Part shown: positions 12,874 to 24,701 of the stretch, piece by piece
How the letters are laid out: the number at the start of each line of letters is the position of its first letter
How positions within the stretch are numbered: position 1 is the first letter of the stretch
Origin: Lama glama
Lineage: Eukaryota
Direction of reading: 5' to 3'
NCBI GenBank assembly: GCA_028534125.1
Contig: CM052816.1
Location: 71,860,001 to 71,924,000 of the forward strand
Length of the DNA: 64,000 bases
Position numbers and translations under genes: made by a program
The notes under the pieces: generated by a model
Database searches by the model: none
The model's input: only the letters and a program-made list of their open reading frames with translations
What the model was told of the DNA's origin: nothing

Positions 12874-13035
12874 GGGGGAGGGTATAGCTCAAGTGGTAGA
12901 GCGCGTGCTTAGCATACGTGAGGCCCTGGGTTCAATCCCCAGTACCTCCTCTAAAAATAGATAAACCTCATTGCCTCCCCACAACCAAAATAAAATAGTT
13001 AAATAATACAATAATAAATAAAATATTTTTAAAAA
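12874..13035 (+). mobile_element. tRNA(Ala)-derived SINE, camelid Vic-1-like, full length with TSD
   Basis: Head gggggagggtatagctcaagtggtagagcgcgtgcttagc...gggttcaatcccc carries Pol III A and B boxes. A-rich tail. 18-bp target-site duplication at 12856-12873 and 13036-13053 with 3 mismatches. Confidence 0.9.
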
Positions 13036-14084
13036 AAGAAGAGAGCTTTCAATGAATAGAAGCAATACTTGGGTCCAGATTTTTGAGACAAATTCCAGAA
13101 GGCTCTAAGTGTTTTTTTCACTAGCAAGGACCCAGACTTCAGCAGGAATGAGGGACCCAGCCTCTGGCCGTCATTGAGGGTTCCAGGCATGGGCCTGTGT
13201 CAAAGAAGGCCGGAGAAGTGACATCTCTAGAAAGTGCCTCCAGTGCGGTGTTTCTCCAGGTGATAACTTCGTGGCCCAAGTCTGCAGCACTGAAATGGGG
13301 TTAACAGCCCCTGGAGTGGAGGCATGCCATGGCGGAAGCCTCCACAAGGGCCAGCAGCAAGTCTTAATGAAGAGCGCGTGAGGTCTGGTGAGCGCCCCTG
13401 GTTACCACTGCCGGGGAAATGCGCCTCTCCTGGACCTAGAACCTTATTGGAGAAAGGGTGCTGGATTGTTACTACATCTCTACGATCCTCCCCATATTGA
13501 TTGCAGAGCTTCCTTCTCTTCATTCCTGCACTGTAAACTCAGTGTTTGCAGAAATATGTCGGACAGATCTCTCTCCCCTCAAGGACTATCATGATATCTT
13601 GTGCCCTCAGCAAAGATTTGTTGAATAAATGTGTTATAAAAAAAAAAAGAAAAAGACAGTGTATGTTCATTGGGAGATAAAATGCTCACTTACGGTCTCA
13701 CATGAAGAAGTATGTGAGCATATGGTAGCTGCCAAGTTTGCCTGCAGGTAAAACAAGAAGCAGGTATTGCTGGTCGTGCAGCTCTGCCCTTCTCTCCATC
13801 TGCTCTTTTATATCTCAGAACTGACATGCTTTGCTGTCTATTAGCTTTCCCTGTTAACATGTTAGCTCTTAATCATGCCAGTTTACCAGATGCTGGGGGT
13901 AAGGGTAGCAGGCTGGGTTTTTATGCTACAAGAGGGAGATTTAAACCTTAAAGTTTTCAGGAGATTTTCCTCTCTTGGTAGACCCTGGGCCTGAGATGGG
14001 CACTGGAGACAAGAGAAATAAGTGAGATCACCATGGACTCTACGTATTTCTTTAGGGCTTGAATTTTGTGCACCTTTGCATCAT

Positions 14085-14630
14085 TGGGATATTGTCAACT
14101 GCAAGGAGTACGCTGACTAAAATGGTTTGAACAACAAGAAAATTATTGTCTCATATGAACAGTAAATCCAGAGGTTGGGCTGATGGTGGAGACAGCAGCT
14201 TGAGGATGTCACCCAAGGGCTGGTCTCTCCCATCCCTGCTCTCTGACATCTTTGGTTTTGTTTTTACTCCAAGGCAGATATCAGGAGCAATGATACAGGA
14301 TGCACTTGTAAAAAGGCCCCAAGGAAAAAACAAAAAGACATCCTCTGTCTCTTTTCCTGCAGTAAGGAATCTTCTACACACTCCTCTATAGAGTCTCCCT
14401 GCATCTCATCAAAATGTGCTCACATTCTCATTTCTCAGCCACTATCAGCAGACCAGGGTAATCCTAAAACCCACTGGACCTGCCTCTGCACCAGGGGGTG
14501 GAGTCAGATTGCCCCGAGGCACAAGGCTTTGGAGGAGAGCAGTAAGAACTTAAACCAAATCAGAATTCTTTTTAGGAAGGAAGAAAAGTGGAAGGTAGCC
14601 TGAGGACAGCCACGGATGGTTTCTATACAC
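14085..14630 (-). mobile_element. MaLR LTR (MLT1I/J-like)
   Basis: gactaaaatggtttgaacaacaagaaaattattgtctcatatgaacagtaaatccagagg...aaccaaatcagaattcttttaggaaggaagaa. Confidence 0.7.
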
Positions 14631-15382
14631 CTTGTATGATCTCATTAAGAAAAAGCAACAGTGACAAAGCTTGTAAGATAGCACATGGAGAGAAATGGTT
14701 GGAAGGTGGAATGAATATTTATCGAGACTAGGAAAGTGGTCCAAGTAAAAGAAGAAAAATGAGAAATCAAATATTCACGGGGCCGGTTCGTCCTGCTGAG
14801 TCAGGCTTAATATGTAGCCATGCTGGTCATTCCATTTGAACTTGCTGTCTGCTGTGCAGTGTTCTGTGAAATGCTGTGGTTCTGTTTAGCTCAAATTCGT
14901 GGTAGTAGGCAAAGCAGCACATTTCTGTAAGCTTCGGGTGGTGTAAAGTTTCATCAACCAGAGAGCAAGGTGTTGTGGTTCTGCAATCAGGTTGTTCATT
15001 CTGTTTAGTTTCTGGAAACAGTTTTTCACTGAGAAATCCTAACCCTTAAAAAAAAAATTACACCAGACATAAACTAAGTGAATTTTTTTCCTGCAGCAAG
15101 TCATATGTTTTTCACCTAGACAAAATAAGCACTATAGGCACGTGTCTAAAAGAAAAAGGAAATCCAAATGAATTCCATTTTTAAACAGCCTTAATCCTAT
15201 TTGGTCAGGAGCAAAGTTCCCTAAAAACCAAAGCTTTGGCTTCTGGTGCCTGTCATCGAATTGCTACAGAATATTCTACCACACCTTGACTTCTATAAGT
15301 AGAATCCAAAAAAGATTAAGTCTTTGTGGAAATGGCATCTAGGAACTTAAAAAAAAAAACCCCAAAACAAAAAAACAGTTGC

Positions 15383-15580
15383 CGAGTTGCTAAGAGAGTA
15401 GATTATAAAAATTCTTCCTCATCACAAGAAAAAGAATTTGTAACTGTATATGGTGACGGATGTTAACTAGATTTATTGTGGTGATCATTTCACATGATAT
15501 TATAAATATTGAATCATTATACTTAGACCTGAGATGAATATACAGTTATATGTCAGTTACACTTCCATAAAAAAATAACA
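15383..15580 (+). mobile_element. L1 3' end (L1MA9/10-like)
   Basis: agttgctaagagagtagat...tcatcacaagaaaaagaatttgtaactgtatatggtgacggatgttaactagatttattgtggtgatcatttcac, then an A-rich tail. Confidence 0.88.
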
Positions 15581-15619
15581 AAAAATTAGTGTGGGTGTAT
15601 TTTCCTTCAGCAAATGTTT

Positions 15620-16800
15620 CCTTAGAAACCAGAGAAAAGCAAGAAGCCAGAGAAGTTTCAAGAGAAGGGATCGAGAGATCCTAGGGAAATATGGCCTAAA
15701 CATTTAGGTGAATTTTAGTGTGGTTGTCAAGAAAAGAAAAAGGAAGACATAAGAACTGAAAGAATGCTACTGGGCTCAGCAGGAAAAGGTGGAGAGGCTG
15801 AGTTCTGGAAATGACTTAGGGAGAGAAAGCATTGTGACATATATGGGATTCAGCTTGTTTCCTCAGGTATGTTTCACTCAAGTTTTTCTTCTTTCTTGGA
15901 CTTCGTGCCGACAAGAGAACAATACAATGGAGCAAATATGTTTGATGGCTGTGCTGTGTAGTGCAAAATAAGGAATGACTTAGGGAGAGAGATACATTTA
16001 TTATTAATTATAAAGCAAGGTGGAATGTTGTATAAGAAAAGGAAAGAATTCTATCTGTGGTACCTTCAGAAAGGAACTCATATAGGAACCGAACTTTGAA
16101 AATGGGTAGGCCATTGACAGCTGATTATATGGATATAGAGCACTGCAAGCGAGAGATGGGGGTATTTCAGAAACAGTCAGCATCCTATTGGGGCAATGCC
16201 TTAGCGTATTAGAGCTGGAGGTGGACATTCCCAGAGGGAGTATAGTAATAAAGGAGGAGGGGGGATGAAGTGACCAAGAGCTATGAAAGCTTCATTCTTT
16301 GCCACACTAGTAGTCATTGAGGGTTTTTAAGTAGGAAAATAATACGATTAGATAAGATTATTAAATAGTGTGGAAGACAGAGAGAACAGCCATTAGCTGA
16401 AATACTCACAGTTGCTGGTGAGGAGAACATGAGCAAAAGCAGAGTTGGTAGGATGGAGGAATGGAAATAATGGATACGCAAAGGGTAGTATGAGTAGAAT
16501 TTTCTCACTGAATGGATAGGGAAGTAAGGAAGAAAGAAGAGTGGATGAGGATGCAGACATTTGGAGTCTGAACAAAAGCGATGGTTTGTTTCTGGCTTTG
16601 GATGATAGACTCAGTTAGAGATGTACTGAAATGTGTAGTGTGGGCTTAGAAACTGGAATCTGAATTTTTAAAACCTTGGATGTGCAAGGCACTTGTGCTG
16701 AAGTTATCTTTAGAACTGAAGGAGTGTGGAGTCCAAAGAAGAACAAGAGAGGAGAAAACGGGACAGGAACTAAACCAGAAGGATGAAGGAAAGCAAATAG
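15620..16800 (-). mobile_element. Highly decayed L2 body
   Basis: Purine-rich antisense L2-like sequence (e.g. gagctggaggtggacattcccagagggagtatagtaataaaggaggag). Boundaries uncertain. Confidence 0.5.
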
Positions 16801-16839
16801 ACGCAGGTGGTGGTGACGCCACATCTTTAAATATGTAAT

Positions 16840-17028
16840 GTTTATTCATTTATTTATTTTTAACTCTTTATTGAAGCGTAATGATTTACAATGTCAGTTT
16901 CAGGTGTACAGCAAAGTGGTTCAGTTATACATATACACAAATGCATTTATTTTTTTTCTTTTCAGATTCTTTTCCATTATGTGTTATGACAAGAATTTGA
17001 ATATAGTTTCCTATGCTATACAGCCAGA
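16840..17028 (-). mobile_element. 5'-truncated artiodactyl-type L1 3' end with TSD
   Basis: tttattgaagcgtaatgatttacaatg...caggtgtacagcaaagtggttcagttatac...gaatatagtttcctatgctatacag. TSD taaatatgtaat (16828-16839) / taaatatgcaat (17029-17040). Confidence 0.88.
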
Positions 17029-19816
17029 TAAATATGCAATTTTTAATCGGATTTTCCACACTCATCTTTCTCAGCAAAGCTTCAGCCTTAAGATTGTGAA
17101 ATGCCAGACGATTAAATTTTGTGCTTTCAGTTTCTTCCAGGGCTCTGTAAGGATTAGTTGACCTCATAGATATACATCAGTTCATCTCAACGAGTGCTTT
17201 TTACGCAGCAGTAGTGCTTGATAATTTGATGTTGTGTTCAAGAAGACGGTAAACTAATATGTAGACTTGTGACTTTAAAGGATGTAGTTTCAATGCATAA
17301 GGCTATTAATCTAAGGAGAAAAAAACTTTTTCTAAGTGATGAATCCCAGTTTCTAAAATAGAAATCAGTCTTAATTTAGTCACGTTTCTATCAGCGTGCT
17401 GCTTAAGGATGAAAAATTCTTGTTGAAAAAAATGTACTCAGTACTTCCTGATGTACTCATAAGACACACCATTTTCATGGTAATTAATAGGGAGGTAGAG
17501 CACAGATAAGCCTACCAAAATCATTCAGTCCTCTGTTTTCAGTCGATACTTTCTACTTCTTTTTCCCGTTTCCTCCCTCCCTCTCTCAGATGCAACAAAG
17601 TAGGATGAAGGAGCGGGCCGTGCAGGTACCTGAGTCAGGGAGTCAAGAGATAAGGACTGTCCTCTAGGCTGGGAGACCTGGGACAATGCACTCCCCACTC
17701 ACATCTGTCTGTGTGGAATGAGGAGATTGATTGCAACATGCTTCTGATTTTGCCCCTCCTCTTCACAGTAAAATCACATTAATCAGATTAGCCTGCCATC
17801 TTCCTAAGGAGAAATTCCAGTAGGGTTCATTATGCTTTGCTTTACCCAGAAATTTTCTCTAACATCTCCATAGAATCGAAAGAACTCCCTCCTAGAAGTA
17901 CCTGGCTGATGGAGACAGTGACCCATCTTTGCTGCTGTCTTTGGCGGGGGGAGGGGGAAGGCTTGATCAGTGAGGTTTTATTCCAGTACATGTTACTCCA
18001 GCCAAACCAGACTTGCCTAATTTAGAGGGTAGACTAGCTCCAGAAGCATTCCCGGGGTTTTGCCTTTCTTGTTTCTGAAGGACTCATTGAAGTTGTAGTC
18101 AGGGTAATAATGAATTTGGAGCTAGCAATAAACATTGAAGTTATTCTTCTGCTCCATTATCCCAATCCTCAAAACCAGGCATATAGTAGTCACTCTGGTG
18201 GCATTTTTCCCATTTGTAATCATTCTGCTAGCTAAAGATATTTTGAAGGGAAGAGATCCAAAATACTGGGTCAAGCAGAAAAAATAGAAAACCATCATGC
18301 AGAAACCATTAGCAAATATGTTACAGACCTTGTAAGCATGCATTCTCTTTCACCTTTTTTCTATTTCTCTTTTGCTTGGCTTTCTTTCCCCACCAACGAT
18401 AATTTGTTCTTATGGAATGTTTTTCATTTCTGGAGATTATATTACTTCATAGGAATTACTTAAACACATGCTTGAACATCTCTGATGAGTCTTATTTGTG
18501 TCATATGAGTCTCGTTCAGTCTTTCTGTAAATGATCTAATCATCCACCTTTATTCAATGTTTTAATCTATTGAAAACTATAGAATGAAAGATTATTTTCA
18601 AAAAAGCCACACAGGTGACTCCCTTGAGTTATATTTTTCTCTGCCTTCACTTGTTTAGCACTGGTGAGAACCTTGGAGAAAAGTCAGGAGGCAGAAGATA
18701 CTTCAAAAAATAAAAGGTTTTCCTTAGGAAAAATAATTGGATAAAATGTTACTAAGTAATCAGGAATAAGTATAAGAACTCGGGGGTTCACATTAATCTT
18801 GTAAATAAAGAAATATTCCCATATTTAATGCATGTATTCTTTCAAATTCCACACCAGATTATAATGATTTATTTTTAAGAAAGTAATATTCATATCTTAC
18901 AAGATTCAAATTTAATCTGATATTTTCTTCAGTATGAAGTATATCTGATTCAAGAGTTTGAACTTTGAACTTTTCTCTTATTTAAATAAGGAGAAAGACC
19001 TCAAAAACCATGTGCAAATAATGGTTTATACTGATGGAAAAAAGACATACCAATAACTTAAAAATCTATTTTAGAAAACAGAGAGATTATCTTCTCTGAG
19101 ATTATCAAGCCACCTCATGGAAGTCATTGAGTTTCACTGCATCATAAGGAGTTTCTTAGTCCAATAAGTTGTACAGGACAAGTTAGAACATCCGAACACA
19201 CAGCATCCTCCTGCCCTGGTAAAATGACTCCTTTCCTGTGAGCTCAACTTCTACCTAAACTCGGTTACCTAATGTCCCCATGGGTGAAGGGTGCATTTGC
19301 ATGATGTAAACTGCAGGAACCAAAAAAGAGACAGACTTGCAATGGATTATTTTCGAAAGAGAAAACTGCATATATACAAGGCTTAAATTAGGCTGGACTG
19401 CAGATTTTCCTATCAATTAAAGCCTAAGACTTAAATAGGTAGGATAAGGGCATGGCAGTCCATCAGAAAAAAAATCTAATCCAAGAACAGGTTAAAATTA
19501 GCGCCAGAATAACCGTTAAAAAAAAACAGACCCCCCAAAACTCACTTGCAGAGTTGGAGGTGGGGGTACTCTGGGGGGGACAAAAGAAGCAATAACAAAA
19601 CTGTAGACATCTTCATTAGGATGGAGATTTTCTCTCCGGATCACAAACAGGAATATTTTGAATTTCTTTATACCCCTCTGCACAGTCTAACTGTCTTCCT
19701 TCAGGTAATCTGACTCCAACATCTAAAGTTAAAGTTTTGCTCCATCTAAAGGGGAATCTCATCATCTCTACTAATTGATAGAGCAGTCACAGTCTCTCTG
19801 TAGTCTGATGAGTCAC

Positions 19817-19840
19817 TGTGTGTGTGTGTGTGTGTGTGTG
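19817..19840 (+). repeat. (TG)12 microsatellite
   Basis: Read directly. Confidence 0.97.
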
Positions 19841-21555
19841 TATACATTGGATTGGGGAAGTCAAATTCTAGAAAGACTTCTGAATTTGTGTGATTTGTAT
19901 ATTCCTGAAGCAAAAATTTCAGGAAGTTTAAAATGCTTGTGTCTTGCAGATACTGCTTCCTAAGAAAACCATTTTTCTTATCTTCATCTATTCTTCGTCT
20001 CTGAACTAATTATCTGAACTGAAATAACAATGACGATATTTATATCCATATTTAATTCTCCCAAAAGTCTGTATAGCATAGATGATTTAAAGAAACTACA
20101 TTAAACAACAGTTTTTTTAAATGCAAATACCATATATTCCAGAATTGTATTGCCCTGCTACTGTAGACTTCACAAAGGGATTTATACAATTAATGCCATT
20201 ACAATTGTGATTTATTTGTTTCATCCAACTCTATGCCCTCTACATAGATAGAGGCCCATGAATTAGTATGCCCTGATATGAGCACTGATAAATCAAAAGA
20301 ACCCAAACTGTTCCCAAGCTGGGTTGATTTTGGAGACTATTTGAGATCCTAGTAATGTTTCCTGGAAAAAAAAGTGATCAAGGATTTGGAGTGAGATTGG
20401 ATAATTTTGACAGTATGTTTCTAGAAAGGATTCTTGTGTCTGAATTGAATCTATAGGATTATTTCATTTGAGGGAACAAGGTTTCTGTGTCAGAAGGTGA
20501 TGAAGTGCCATGTAGGTGGTGTACATACTAGAAGTAGAAGTAGAAACACTAGAAGTCAACTGTGCACCTGTTTTAGGAGAGACTTTTTTTTGCAGCTAAA
20601 TTGTTTTCTAAGCCTGGGAACCTCTGTTTTTGGGTCTAACTTTTCTTTAGTCTAATCTGCATCATTTACATATTCAGATCAGAGAAACATTTTCAGTTAT
20701 TTTCTTGTGTTCTATGGTTGCAAAAAAAAAAAGGAGACAGCAAATACAATTTCAACACAGTTCATTTTAGAGCATGGGCTTCTTATTTGTTGGATAAAGA
20801 CTGAATAAAGGCACATCATTTTAGTGAGTTGGTATTTATAATATACATAATTATGCCTTCAAGATAAAATAAAATAAAATGAAGTTCTAACAGCTGCATA
20901 AACCAGATACCGTTAGATTAAACTTAATAGAGAATCAACATTTATACTAAATATGTGTTTTTGTTCAAAAAACATTTAGAGAGGTCATATTAAGATGTGG
21001 CAAGTGACACATAATATTGATATTCCTTATACTATGAGTAAGTGTGAAAATTAGAATATCTGTACCAAAAATGTGTGATATTAAAAAGGTGAGATTCTAT
21101 TATGATAAAGTTTGGTACAGGGAGACTTTATATTTTTATTCAAAATTTTATTTTGCTCTCTGTAACTATTTTAAGTTTACTTTCTAATGATATTAACCTC
21201 AGAAATTTTAAAAACTGTTCAGGATCTTATACTTAGGAGCCTTGGTTAAAATAACTAATGAGCAGCCTGAAATATAAAACACCCAGGGAATTAATACGTT
21301 TTATTCTAACCAGTTTTAGAATTGGAAAACTGGCACTATCCAGGCATAACCTGTTATGAAAACTGCTCTGGTTTAATTAAACTCTATGCAGTAATATACA
21401 TAGCTATTTGAGATGTCTGATTATTTTCCAATTTTTTCCCTTTTTTTTTTTTAGTTGAAAGAGGGATCATTTTTAAAGGCATTTGAATTTCCTTACCAGC
21501 TCCACTTCTCTTTTGTATTTTTACTAGGAATTTTGGCATGCTGTAGATGGTCTTT

Positions 21556-21606
21556 GTGTGTGCACATGTGTGTGTGCACACATGCACCCATGCACATGCG
21601 TGTGTA
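21556..21606. repeat. Alternating purine-pyrimidine (TG/CA) tract
   Basis: tgtgtgtgcacatgtgtgtgtgcacacatgcacccatgcacatgcgtgtgta. Confidence 0.8.
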
Positions 21607-22629
21607 AGGATGACTTCTTCAACATTATGTTTTTAAATCTGACAAGGTCATATAAGCTGGTAAAAAAAAAAAAGCAAAGGGTCATCAAAAGGGGAAAAAT
21701 AACAGAACTACAGTGAAATGGCTCTCTGTCGGCCTTGGTATTGATTCAGAGTGTGTCAAAAGGGTCTTTTGTCATGCCCCTACCACAGCATACTAATTTG
21801 CTAGATCAAGTCTGTCAGAATATCGACTGGAAGGAAAGAACTACAGTGGCAGCTTTTGTGTTTCATACAGCAGGGAGCCTGTGTGTGAAACAGGATTATC
21901 AGGGGGTCATGAAGAGAGTCAAAGGATGTCCATCACTTCCCTTCTGGTAATGTAATGGGGCGGGCGCCTGGGTGTGATTAAGATGTAGGAGACGGAGGCA
22001 TAGCGGTGAACAAATCACAAACACACACATGCAAATCAGGTTGGCTGCTGTTAACCACGTATTTTTAATGAAAAATTCAATAGCAGACCCAACAAATATC
22101 TAAACAGCTGCATTCAGCTAACATATCAAATGGCCTGTTCGACATCTTTTCTTGAAAAGCAAATATACAAAACATGTAAATGCTTATCGGGTCTGCGTTT
22201 TTCTTTAAATATGACTTTGCAATCTACAAGTGTTTCTTCTGCATTCTGTGGGCTCCTGGCACAACTATCAGACTATTAAATATCAATTCAGATTTTTTAT
22301 TTTTGTAAAATAAGATATAATATTTACCATGTCACAGCTCACCCTTACCATCACCGTTGGTGTTACAGAGTTTTGGCTTGGTTCTTTTCACTGGCTTTGT
22401 TGCATTAGCAAAATAGCTTCCTTGAGTGGAAGAAAAATTGCATGATGGAAAATTCATAGCTTTGTACGAATATTGATGCCTAGAAAGAGGCCTGGGAATT
22501 CTAACAGTACAATAAACATATTAATACTTTGTATAGGACATAGATAAAATGATGTAAGAATTTTTCATAATTAAAGCTACGGTTTTTTTCTATCATCTTT
22601 ATTTCTACTTCCTTAGGTGCATTGGGTAT

Positions 22630-22740
22630 TTATTTATTCACTCATTCAAGAAACGCTGATTTAAGTTTCCACTCTCTGCCAGGTTCTGGCTACATGCTGG
22701 GGCTACAGAAATGAGTAAGGCAAGTACTCTACCTTGAAAG
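22630..22740 (-). mobile_element. L2 3' end
   Basis: tttattcactcattcaagaaacgctgatttaagtttccactctctgccaggttctggctacatgctggggctacagaaatgag. Confidence 0.75.
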
Positions 22741-23369
22741 CTAAGCTATAGGATGTAGGCATAAAGCATTTATACTTGTAATTTTGCTGATTTCTATATC
22801 ACCATGTAGACTAAATATCAGAAAAAGGGCTGGTATGACACTGGCTAGTTCTTGGAGGTTTGTTGATTGGTCCTGTCATCGATGGACCATCAGCTGGTAG
22901 ACATTAAGTGTGGACTGGAAAGATTCTTCTAGGCTACGTTGTTTGCATAGACAGTTCCAGCTCACTTTATGGTAGAGGAATAAGACCTATTGGCAACAAA
23001 GACTTGTCTTCCGTCCAAAACACCTGAATGGGGGCCATAGACCTGAAGATGCCTGGCCCCTATCTTCACCTTGCCATTTTGGGCTGCATTTAATGGGGGA
23101 CCATGATCTGATGCAACCTCTTCCTTGCCTTGCTAATGCCTGCTGAGAAAAGCTGCCGTCCTGCTCATGGTAATGAACCTTGTGGGTATGACTATGGAGA
23201 AAAGGACCTTTATCTAGTCAATACCAAATAATGCCAGAAGAGAGACATGATTTAATGTGCCCTTTAAGGAGTATCTGTTTTTCTGTTTGTTTGTTTGTTT
23301 TGAGTTTTTTTTTTTTCACCCTCTTAATCCCTCATCTTGGTTTTTCCCCAAGTCACTCATTCTCACTTT

Positions 23370-23925
23370 TCCCTGCTAGGACTTTTCCTCTTTATCTCAA
23401 TCTTGCAAAGTTGAGAGTCCTGAATTTCTTTTCTCGTTTCTGTCTGAACTCTATCTCCATATGATCTTACTCATAGCCATGGCTTTAAAACCCTTTGTAA
23501 GTGCAGGGCATCTAATTGAATATCTCAGGTTGAGGTCCTTGGCTTGATACCTCATTGGGACATTAACCTCTTGGATCCAAAACTCATTTCTCTTCCAGTC
23601 TTCCTCATCTCAATAAATATATGACCAGTATTCTGTTGCTGAAACAAACAAAAATTTTAAAATGGGAGGGAGACTCCTGCTTATTAATTCTTCGTATTTC
23701 CTCATCCTAACAAGTCAAAACAATCCATCCACAAATGCTGAAAATTTGATCTTTAATGTGTATCTTCAGTATGTCTGTTTTTCTCTAACTCCATTACCAC
23801 CACTCTAGTTGAAACACCAACCGTCAGCTGTGTTACTACAACAGCCTCCTAACTGGTTTCTCAGTATTCACTCTTACCCCTCTGCAATCCATTCTTCAGT
23901 CATCTTTTCGAAATATAAATCTTGC
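23370..23925 (+). mobile_element. L2 fragment
   Basis: Pyrimidine-rich L2 body: catggctttaaaaccc..., cagtcttcctcatctcaataaat..., ctacaacagcctcctaactggtttctc. Confidence 0.75.
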
Positions 23926-24124
23926 TTTAGATTTAAAAAGCATTTGGATTTAGTATCTTTTTGCTGTCACCAATCTATTGGGCCACCCGAGTGAGCTTCC
24001 ACCCCTAGGTTTTCCGCTATCGTAAAGCCTGGTTTGACGTACCCAAAATAGAACTTTACTGTAATTAAATACCATCTGTGGTTTCTCTGGTTGTTTTATG
24101 GACCCAAGTCTCAATTTTAGATTC

Positions 24125-24166
<42 letters not shown>
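24125..24166 (+). repeat. (TAA)14 microsatellite at the tail of an antisense MIR
   Basis: 14 perfect TAA units. Confidence 0.97.
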
Positions 24167-24167
<1 letters not shown>

Positions 24168-24325
24168 GCATTGAGTCCCTACTATGTGCTAGGGATAGTT
24201 CTAAGTGCTTTCCACATATGAACTCACTTTATCAGATAGTTGTATTATTATTTCTACCTTAAATGAGGAAACTAGGGCACAGAGAAATTAAATAATAAGC
24301 TTAAGGTGACAAAACTGGTAAATGA
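24167..24325 (-). mobile_element. MIR SINE
   Basis: cattgagtccctactatgtgctagggatagttctaagtgctttccacatatgaactc...aaatgaggaaactagggcacagagaaattaaataa. Confidence 0.85.
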
Positions 24326-24594
24326 TTTGTGACAAATATGTTTCATATTTTAGTACCACCAAAATAGATTATTAATTAATACAGAATAGAATCACAATAG
24401 GAATAGGATAATTCAAAGATTTATATCTTTCTGTTCCTAGTCATTTTTCAGGTGTTCACCAAAAAAAATCTACTAAAAAGGAAGAAAATCAACCAGATTG
24501 TACCTACATCTTTCTAATCAGTTCACAAAACATTTTTACTTCCTCACTTTAAGAATTCTTAAAATACCACAGAATTATTTTAAGCAATTCAGTT

Positions 24595-24701
24595 TTTTGT
24601 TTTAAACACCTTTATTGTGGTATGATTCCTGTACAGTAAACTACACATAATTTCAGATCTACAATTTGATTAATTTTGACAGATGTGTGGTGGTGGTTTC
24701 A
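24595..24701 (-). mobile_element. Short L1 3' end (L1MB/MC-like) with TSD and a probable 5' inversion
   Basis: ctttattgtggtatgattcctgtacagtaaactacacata...ttttgacagatgt. TSD taagcaattcagtt (24581-24594) / taagtaattcagtt (24702-24715). Confidence 0.78.

Noticed and set aside
12874..12950. Genuine tRNA-Ala gene
   Set aside because: The tRNA-like head continues into a SINE body and A-rich tail flanked by a TSD, and a related diverged copy lies at 54101-54206.
13388..13406. CTCF site (accaggggcgctc on the minus strand); similar near-matches at ~35871 and ~46845
   Set aside because: Each is one base short in the AG(A/G)(G/T)GGC core, so the spacing does not fit the motif.
21789..21946. Candidate coding exon HTNLLDQVCQNIDWKERTT...
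   Set aside because: It has AG/GT ends and an open frame, but the acceptor tract is weak, the peptide is unrecognisable and there are no compatible neighbouring exons.
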